Below are positions 26,377 to 32,000 of a stretch of DNA of 32,000 nucleotides, piece after piece. Position 1 is the stretch's first letter; each line of letters starts with the position of its first letter. This DNA is from an uncultured Bacilli bacterium (GTDB lineage: Bacteria > Bacillota_I > Bacilli_A > RF39 > UBA660), in the NCBI GenBank assembly GCA_910580185.1, contig CAJTWC010000002.1, positions 126,888 through 158,887 on the forward strand, written 5' to 3'. A program made the translations under genes and the position numbers. Under the pieces are notes generated by a model. It saw only the letters and a list, made by a program, of their open reading frames with translations. It was not told where the DNA came from and did not search any database.

Positions 26377-27180
26377 ATGAACCCAATTGCGATAACTATA
26401 GGTAACTTAACAATTACGTGGTATTCTATTTGTATTTTAACTGGAATAATATTAGCAGGGATTTTAATTTGCAGGGAAGCTAAGAAATATAATATAGAAA
26501 CCAGTTTTGTATCTAATTTAATATTTTGGTGTGTAATATTTGGAATATTAGGGGCAAGAGTATATTATGTTATATTTAATTTAGATTATTATTCATTATA
26601 TCCAATGGAAATAATAAAAATATGGAATGGTGGCCTTGCTATCCATGGTGGTTTAATAGCGGGAATAATAACACTTTTTGTATATTGTAAAAAACATAAT
26701 GTTAATGTTTTAAGAATGATAGATATAGCAGCACCGTATGTGCTTCTTGCTCAAGGAATCGGAAGATGGGGAAATTTTTTTAATAGTGAAGCTCATGGTG
26801 GTATTGTATCTAGAGGTTTCTTGGAAAATTTACATTTACCAGAATTTATAATTAACGGGATGCATATAGGTGCTTATTACTACCATCCAACATTCCTTTA
26901 TGAATCAATATTTTGCATTTTAGGTTTTATTATACTGATTTTAACTAGAAAAATAAAAGGTATAAAACTAGGCAATATAACTGCCTTATATTTAATTTGG
27001 TACGGAATATTAAGGTTCTTTATTGAATCACTTAGAACTGATAGTTTAATGCTTGGAAGTTTGAAGATGGCACAAGTTATATCTATTTTAATGGTTATAA
27101 TAGGAATTATCATATTTATAGTAACTAGAATTAAATGTAAAAAATATAATATTTCTAACGAAGGAAAGGAGATAAGATAA
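26377..27180 (+). CDS. lgt: Prolipoprotein diacylglyceryl transferase
   Basis: ITWYSICILTGI, GARVYYV, WNGGLAIHGG, GRWGNFFNSEAHG and YESI motifs typical of Lgt. Confidence 0.95.
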   Translation: MNPIAITIGNLTITWYSICILTGIILAGILICREAKKYNIETSFVSNLIFWCVIFGILGARVYYVIFNLDYYSLYPMEIIKIWNGGLAIHGGLIAGIITLFVYCKKHNVNVLRMIDIAAPYVLLAQGIGRWGNFFNSEAHGGIVSRGFLENLHLPEFIINGMHIGAYYYHPTFLYESIFCILGFIILILTRKIKGIKLGNITALYLIWYGILRFFIESLRTDSLMLGSLKMAQVISILMVIIGIIIFIVTRIKCKKYNISNEGKEIR

Positions 27181-27438
27181 ATGGAAAAACCAATTATATT
27201 TACTATAATGAGACATTCTGATGAAACCGAAACAGGCGCAGAAGAGTTAATAAGAGATATTAAAACAGGAAGACTTAAGCGTGATATTGATCCTTCTCTT
27301 ACAAACGACGAATTTTTAGTCAATATAATAAATGAAAGAGAAGAAGGAAGTTTTTCAAAATTTTTAGAAAGTGAAATAGGTCAGTCCGTTATTAATACTC
27401 TTTTGGATTCATCTATTAATTCATCATGTAAAAAATAA
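27181..27438 (+). CDS. Hypothetical acidic 85-aa protein, immediately following lgt
   Basis: The ATG directly abuts the lgt TAA (27178-27180). No recognised motif. Confidence 0.5.
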   Translation: MEKPIIFTIMRHSDETETGAEELIRDIKTGRLKRDIDPSLTNDEFLVNIINEREEGSFSKFLESEIGQSVINTLLDSSINSSCKK

Positions 27439-27482
27439 ATTTATTATTTGTTTAATTAATTTTGATAAAATGTCACATAATA

Positions 27483-27509
27483 AAAACGAAAGGAAAAGCT
27501 TTCGTTTTT
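27483..27509. terminator. Bidirectional terminator between convergent genes
   Basis: AAAACGAAAG / CTTTCGTTTT stem, loop GAAAAG, with A/T runs on both sides. Confidence 0.75.
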
Positions 27510-27574
27510 ATTATACAATAACTTTTTTTCTTTCATCTATCCTAGAATAATTAGTTATATGATTTTTTCTAAAT

Positions 27575-27796
27575 CTAACTAGATCTTCCAGGTTTAATTT
27601 TAGCCTTTTTGTCATATTTATTAATTTTATGTGCAAACTTATCAATAGTAGATGCCTTAACATCTACTTTAATGTTTTCAATTTGATTCAAATAAGATAA
27701 TGTTGTACCTAATATTTCTGCAAATTTTTCTTGTGATAAATGGTATTTCTTTCGATAATATTTTAGATTTATTGCTAAAATCTCACATAAATTCAT
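27575..27796 (-). CDS. XRE-family helix-turn-helix transcriptional regulator
   Basis: MNLCEILAINLKYYRKKYHLSQEKFAEILGTTLSYLNQIENIK is a classic HTH_3/Cro-C1 motif. ATG 27796 is preferred over the track start 27811. Confidence 0.85.
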   Translation of the reverse strand: MNLCEILAINLKYYRKKYHLSQEKFAEILGTTLSYLNQIENIKVDVKASTIDKFAHKINKYDKKAKIKPGRSS

Positions 27797-27841
27797 ACAT
27801 GCCACATCCAAACTTTTAAATTTATGTTTATTTTATACTTT

Positions 27842-27875
27842 AACGAAAGCAAAGTCTTTACTATTAAAACGAAAG
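27842..27875 (+). promoter_or_regulatory. Two direct AACGAAAG repeats (26-bp spacing) in the divergent XRE/LRR intergenic region; candidate operator
   Basis: TTTAACGAAAGCAAAG (27839-27854) and TAAAACGAAAGGAAATG (27865-27881), immediately upstream of the predicted -35. Confidence 0.35.
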
Positions 27876-27881
27876 GAAATG

Positions 27882-27910
27882 TAGACAAAAAATATAAAGT
27901 ATTATATAAT
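27882..27910 (+). promoter_or_regulatory. Sigma-A-type promoter for the LRR protein gene
   Basis: TAGACA (27882-27887), 17-nt spacer, TATAAT (27905-27910), 29 nt upstream of the GTG start. Confidence 0.55.
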
Positions 27911-27938
27911 TTAACTGTTATAAAATAGGAGAAGTATC

Positions 27939-30900
27939 GTGAAACTATTTAATAAAAAAGAAGAAAAAAATAAAATAGGAAGACCAAAACTAGCGGATAC
28001 AGAATTAAAAAAGAAGTCAATAATAATGAGTGTTGTATCACTATTATTAGTAGTAATCTTACTTAGTGGTGGTCTAGTAAGCTTTAATATAATACCGAAG
28101 TTTAATAAGTTAAAAGGTACGGTAAATGTAAATTTATGTTCAGAAATACCAGCTAGATATCAGCCTAAAAGCGAATCTAACCCAGAAGGAACATATGATT
28201 ATGGATTTACTGACCCTAAGTTTTATAGTGCAGTAGTAAGTACATATAATAGTGATACATCTTATTGTAGTGCAATAACAGAAGACCAACTAAAAAGTAT
28301 TACAAAGTTTAGTTATGGTATTTTTCCTAGTGGAATAACAAATGTAGATGGTCTTGAATACTTAACAAACCTTACTCATTTAGAGATAACTAGTAGTAAT
28401 ATAAGTAGTATTAATGTAAGTAAAAATACTGCATTAGATACCTTGATATTGAATAATAATAACTTAAGTAGAATAGATGTAAGTGCTAATACTTCATTAA
28501 CAACTTTAGATTTATCTAATTCTGATTTAATTAATATTGATTTAAGTCAAAATACGGCATTAACTTCTTTAAATTTAAGTAATAATTATTTAAGGAGTAT
28601 AAATGTAAGTAAAAATACTGCATTAGAATATTTGAATTTGGATCAGAATCAAGTTGGTAGTATAGACTTAAGTCAAAATACATCTTTAAAAAGTTTGTCT
28701 TTGGAGCAAGTTTATCTTCGTAGTATAGATTTAAGTCACAATATAGCTTTAGAATATTTGAATATGCCATTTAACTATTTAAGTAACATAGATTTAAGTC
28801 AAAATAAATTATTAACATATTTAGATTTAAGTAGGGATAAATATTTAAGTAACATAGATTTAAGTCAAAATACAGCATTGACAACTTTAAATTTATTTAG
28901 TAATGAAAATTTAAGTAGTGTAGATTTAAGTAGTAATACCGCATTAACAACTTTAAATTTGAGCAGTAATAACTTAACCAGCGTAGACTTAAGTCACAAT
29001 ACGACTTTAACGTCCTTGAATTTGGGTTATAATTATAATTTAAGTAGTATAGATTTAAGCCACAATGAGGCTTTAACATCCTTAAATTTATATAGTAATA
29101 GAAAATTAAGTAGTATAGATTTGAGCAAAAACACGTCCTTAACATCTTTGTATTTATATAACAATAACTTAAGTAGTATAGATTTGAGCCACAATGAGGC
29201 TTTAAAGGAGTTGGAAGTGACAAACAATAATTTAAGTAGTATAGATTTGAGCCACAATACTGCTTTAACAAAATTGAATTTGTACAATAATAACTTAACT
29301 AGTATAGATTTGAGTCATAATGCAGCTTTAACCTGGTTAAATTTAAATAATAACAAATTTGGTATAGAATATTCCTCGATAGGTAATAACATAACTATAG
29401 AAGAACCTAATGTTATCACAGCATATCCAGATGATACTAAATATAGTATAGAAGACGCTTCTATAGCAACTTATAATGATGGAATAATTAAAAAGGTAGC
29501 TCCCGGTACAACAAAACTAAATATAGCATATAAAGTGTCAAATTCTGTTACCTTTAATGTTGATCATAATATAAATTTTATAAATATAACTAGTACGTAT
29601 TACACAATAAATGAAGAAAAGAAAATAATAGATTTAAATAAAGACATACTGAGTAATGTTTATACTTACAAATTTTCTATTACACCTACAAGTTATAGAT
29701 TAAATATAAATGATGATAAATTAGAAATAAAAGATAGTGTAGGAAATATAATAGGCACATATATGTTTAAGAATTATAGATCATATAATTTAACTAGTAA
29801 TTATTACACAATAAATGAAGAAGAAAAGACAATAGATGTAAATAAAGATTTGTCAAATAATGTTTATACTTATAAATTTTCTATTACACCCACAAATTAT
29901 AAATTAAATATAAATAATAATAAATTAGAAATAAAAGATAGTAATGATAATGTAATAGATACATATAAGTTTATAAATTATTCACAATATAAATTAACTA
30001 GTTACTATTACACGATAGATGATAGTGGTAAAACGATAGATGCAAAGGGAGAAATATTAGATAAAAATAAAATATATATAAATTCTTCAAATCGATATGT
30101 ATTAAGAGTAAACGAAGATAAATTAGAAATAATAGACGAAGATAAAAACGTGGTAGATAATTATGAAATAATCAATGCGCGACCTAAAGTCGAAGATGCA
30201 TATTTAAAAGCAGGATTTAAAGATGAAAATTTGTATGCATGGGTAGTAGCATTTTTTGCTGGAATAGAAGATGATGATTTTGAAAGAGTCACTATGTATA
30301 AGGATTACTTATTAATAGATGAAGAAATGCAAAGTATAGGTGGTATAGGAGTTGTAAATCAAAATATAACAGATACGACAGGGCTAGAGAAACTTACTAA
30401 TTTAAGTGAAATTTATCTGTTTAACACGAACGTACCATCAATAAACTTAAGTAAGTATCCTGAACTTAGCACTCTCATAATAAGAAATGGTAAATTAACA
30501 AGTTTAGACGTGTCAAAAAATACTAACTTGCAGTATATTGATGTTTCGTATAACAACATAAACAATATAACAGGTTTAGATAAATTAGAGGGTCTTGGCG
30601 CTTTATTTGCATATAACAATAACTTATCAGATTTAGATATAAGCAACACTACTAGTTTAGAATTATTAATGGTAAGTGATAATCCACTCGCAAATACATT
30701 ATATATGTTAAAAGGAAAAGAAATAGATTATAAAAAAGACTTTAAGTTAAATGAGGCATATGATATAAAATATGATGTTGTTGATAAGAGTGTTGTATCA
30801 TATAAAGATAATAAGTTAAAAGCATTAAAAGAAGGAATAACAAATATATATTTATCAAATGAGAATATATATAATTATAAACCAGAACTTTGGGATAAAA

Positions 30901-31919
30901 ATATGGCTTGTAGCTATTTATTAGATCAGAAAGCATGCGAAGAGTTAGAAAATATAAATGAAGAAGAAGCTTTATTACCATACTTAATTAATCAAGAAGT
31001 AAAAGTATATGATATAACAAGTAAGGCGTACAAAATAGATAAAGATAAAAAAATAATAGATGCATTAAATAAAGATTTTGATGCAAGTAAGATTGACTTA
31101 ACACTTAATGGCTTAACAGGTACATTAGAAGATGATAAATTCATTATTAAAGATAAAGATGTTATAGTAGATACATACACCGTAACTAATATTAAAAAGG
31201 TAATAAAAGAAGAAGTAGTTAGTGACTCAAGTAATGGCACAAAGGTAAAGCCGAGTGATAAAGTAATAGAAAAAATAGAAGAAAGAAAAGAAAAAGCCGA
31301 AGAAAACCTAGAAGATATAATAATAGAAGGAAAAAACGTACCACTTTCAACTTTGTTATTAGTAAAAGGAAAAGATAGAAATATAATAGTAAAAAGTAAT
31401 GGAATAACAATTACGATAAATGGAAAAGACATAAATAAAGTAACTGGTAACTTAGATTTAAACTATGAGATAAATATACTTAAAGAATCTTTAATATATG
31501 AAGTTGTAAAAGATAAAGTAACAAGTGGAATAGTATTAATCTTTAAGAGTAATGGTAACTTACCAGGAAAAGTATTAGTAGATGTAGAAGTAACAGATAA
31601 AATAAAGAAAAACATAGGAACAAAAGACTTATATTTATACAATTATGATTTAGATAAAATGATGTTAATAGCAGATAAGATAAATCTAAACAATAATAAA
31701 TTAAGTTTCTATATAAATAAACTAGGAAACTATGTACTAACAAATAATGAAATAAATAAAAAGAATGTAGATATAGATTCTAGTATGTATAAAGAAAATG
31801 ATAAGTTATCAAAAAGTATTAGTAATAAGAAACTAATAATACCAATAGTTATATTTATCTTACTAATAATACTTGGAGTAATAGGTTATTTAACTTATAG
31901 GAAAAATAAGGAAAAGTAG
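27939..31919 (+). CDS. Giant leucine-rich-repeat surface protein with N-terminal signal-anchor and C-terminal TM anchor
   Basis: 1326 aa. GTG start 7 nt after AGGAG. About 15 consecutive ~22-aa LRRs (LSSIDLSHNTALTSLNLYNNN) and a second short LRR block. Four YYTINEE.K.ID...KLEIKD modules. TM segments near both termini. No LPXTG. Confidence 0.85.
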   Translation: MKLFNKKEEKNKIGRPKLADTELKKKSIIMSVVSLLLVVILLSGGLVSFNIIPKFNKLKGTVNVNLCSEIPARYQPKSESNPEGTYDYGFTDPKFYSAVVSTYNSDTSYCSAITEDQLKSITKFSYGIFPSGITNVDGLEYLTNLTHLEITSSNISSINVSKNTALDTLILNNNNLSRIDVSANTSLTTLDLSNSDLINIDLSQNTALTSLNLSNNYLRSINVSKNTALEYLNLDQNQVGSIDLSQNTSLKSLSLEQVYLRSIDLSHNIALEYLNMPFNYLSNIDLSQNKLLTYLDLSRDKYLSNIDLSQNTALTTLNLFSNENLSSVDLSSNTALTTLNLSSNNLTSVDLSHNTTLTSLNLGYNYNLSSIDLSHNEALTSLNLYSNRKLSSIDLSKNTSLTSLYLYNNNLSSIDLSHNEALKELEVTNNNLSSIDLSHNTALTKLNLYNNNLTSIDLSHNAALTWLNLNNNKFGIEYSSIGNNITIEEPNVITAYPDDTKYSIEDASIATYNDGIIKKVAPGTTKLNIAYKVSNSVTFNVDHNINFINITSTYYTINEEKKIIDLNKDILSNVYTYKFSITPTSYRLNINDDKLEIKDSVGNIIGTYMFKNYRSYNLTSNYYTINEEEKTIDVNKDLSNNVYTYKFSITPTNYKLNINNNKLEIKDSNDNVIDTYKFINYSQYKLTSYYYTIDDSGKTIDAKGEILDKNKIYINSSNRYVLRVNEDKLEIIDEDKNVVDNYEIINARPKVEDAYLKAGFKDENLYAWVVAFFAGIEDDDFERVTMYKDYLLIDEEMQSIGGIGVVNQNITDTTGLEKLTNLSEIYLFNTNVPSINLSKYPELSTLIIRNGKLTSLDVSKNTNLQYIDVSYNNINNITGLDKLEGLGALFAYNNNLSDLDISNTTSLELLMVSDNPLANTLYMLKGKEIDYKKDFKLNEAYDIKYDVVDKSVVSYKDNKLKALKEGITNIYLSNENIYNYKPELWDKNMACSYLLDQKACEELENINEEEALLPYLINQEVKVYDITSKAYKIDKDKKIIDALNKDFDASKIDLTLNGLTGTLEDDKFIIKDKDVIVDTYTVTNIKKVIKEEVVSDSSNGTKVKPSDKVIEKIEERKEKAEENLEDIIIEGKNVPLSTLLLVKGKDRNIIVKSNGITITINGKDINKVTGNLDLNYEINILKESLIYEVVKDKVTSGIVLIFKSNGNLPGKVLVDVEVTDKIKKNIGTKDLYLYNYDLDKMMLIADKINLNNNKLSFYINKLGNYVLTNNEINKKNVDIDSSMYKENDKLSKSISNKKLIIPIVIFILLIILGVIGYLTYRKNKEK
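28340..29355 (+). repeat. Coding tandem repeats (~66-nt period) encoding LRR block 1
   Basis: AGTAGTATAGATTTGAGCCACAATGAGGCTTTAA and close variants recur throughout. Several units near 29040-29300 are nearly identical. Confidence 0.85.
29580..30185 (+). repeat. Three tandem ~80-aa (~240-nt) modules; a fourth diverged copy at about 30995-31200
   Basis: TATTACACAATAAATGAAGAA...GTTTATACTTA(C/T)AAATTTTCTATTACACC...AAATTAGAAATAAAAGATAG is repeated at about 29596 and about 29803, with a diverged copy at about 30004. Confidence 0.8.
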
Positions 31920-31932
31920 TCCTTATTTTTTT
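31905..31932 (+). terminator. Intrinsic terminator overlapping the LRR gene stop
   Basis: AATAAGGA / TCCTTATT stem, loop AAAGTAG, then a T-run. Confidence 0.75.
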
Positions 31933-32000
31933 ATGCATTAAAAAAACACCTGGATATGTTGAAAAAGAAGTCTTTATTTGATATAATTTGTCTGGTAGGA

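Noticed and set aside
26898-27323. Minus-strand ORF overlapping lgt and the following small ORF
   Set aside because: It is antisense to lgt, low-complexity and hydrophobic, with no SD.
28340-29355. Regular ~66-nt periodicity as a CRISPR-like or noncoding satellite array
   Set aside because: The period is a multiple of three, lies inside one long ORF, and translates to canonical LRR units. There is no repeat/unique-spacer alternation.
28531-31743. Multiple minus-strand ORFs inside the LRR gene (28531..28770, 28897..29287, 30413..31743)
   Set aside because: They are antisense artefacts of repetitive AT-rich coding sequence. Their translations are Y/L/N-rich low complexity.
1-32000. Search for tRNA, rRNA, riboswitch/T-box leaders, CRISPR arrays, IS elements, integrases and recombinases
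   Set aside because: I saw no GC-rich cloverleaf-sized segment, no conserved leader motif and no recombinase- or transposase-like ORF. This rests on visual inspection only. tRNAscan-SE, Infernal and ISfinder searches would be needed to confirm absence.

Overview
This is a very AT-rich, low-GC Firmicutes-type chromosomal segment. It uses the standard bacterial code: UGA is a stop and RF2 is encoded. Almost all genes lie on the + strand. The backbone is a housekeeping array in Bacillus-like order: cold-shock protein, hpf, secA, prfB (with its +1 programmed frameshift), a YitT-family protein, ftsE-ftsX-M23 peptidase, pepT, uvrB, uvrA, a YvlD/DUF360-like protein and lgt. Small accessory pieces interrupt normally adjacent gene pairs.
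(1) About 2.2 kb sits between secA and prfB, marked by three copies of the secA 3' tail. It holds a membrane-protein + GNAT cassette flanked by 15-nt direct repeats, and a decayed rhuM.
(2) About 2.4 kb sits between uvrB and uvrA. It holds dinD, a tandem dinD pseudogene and an unknown 182-aa protein. Both dinD copies carry a GC-rich palindrome inside the coding sequence.
(3) Two giant repeat-rich surface proteins are present. One appears split by a frame change. The other is a 1326-aa LRR protein next to a divergent XRE regulator.
(4) An IR-flanked intergenic segment holds a candidate ~130-nt antisense sRNA.
I saw no tRNA, rRNA, CRISPR array, integrase or transposase. The best candidates for something undescribed are the secA-tail insertion site with its cassette, the uvrB/uvrA-embedded dinD locus, and the sRNA/IR element upstream of the surface-protein operon. 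All functional calls rest on hand-read motifs and recalled family signatures; no searches were run.
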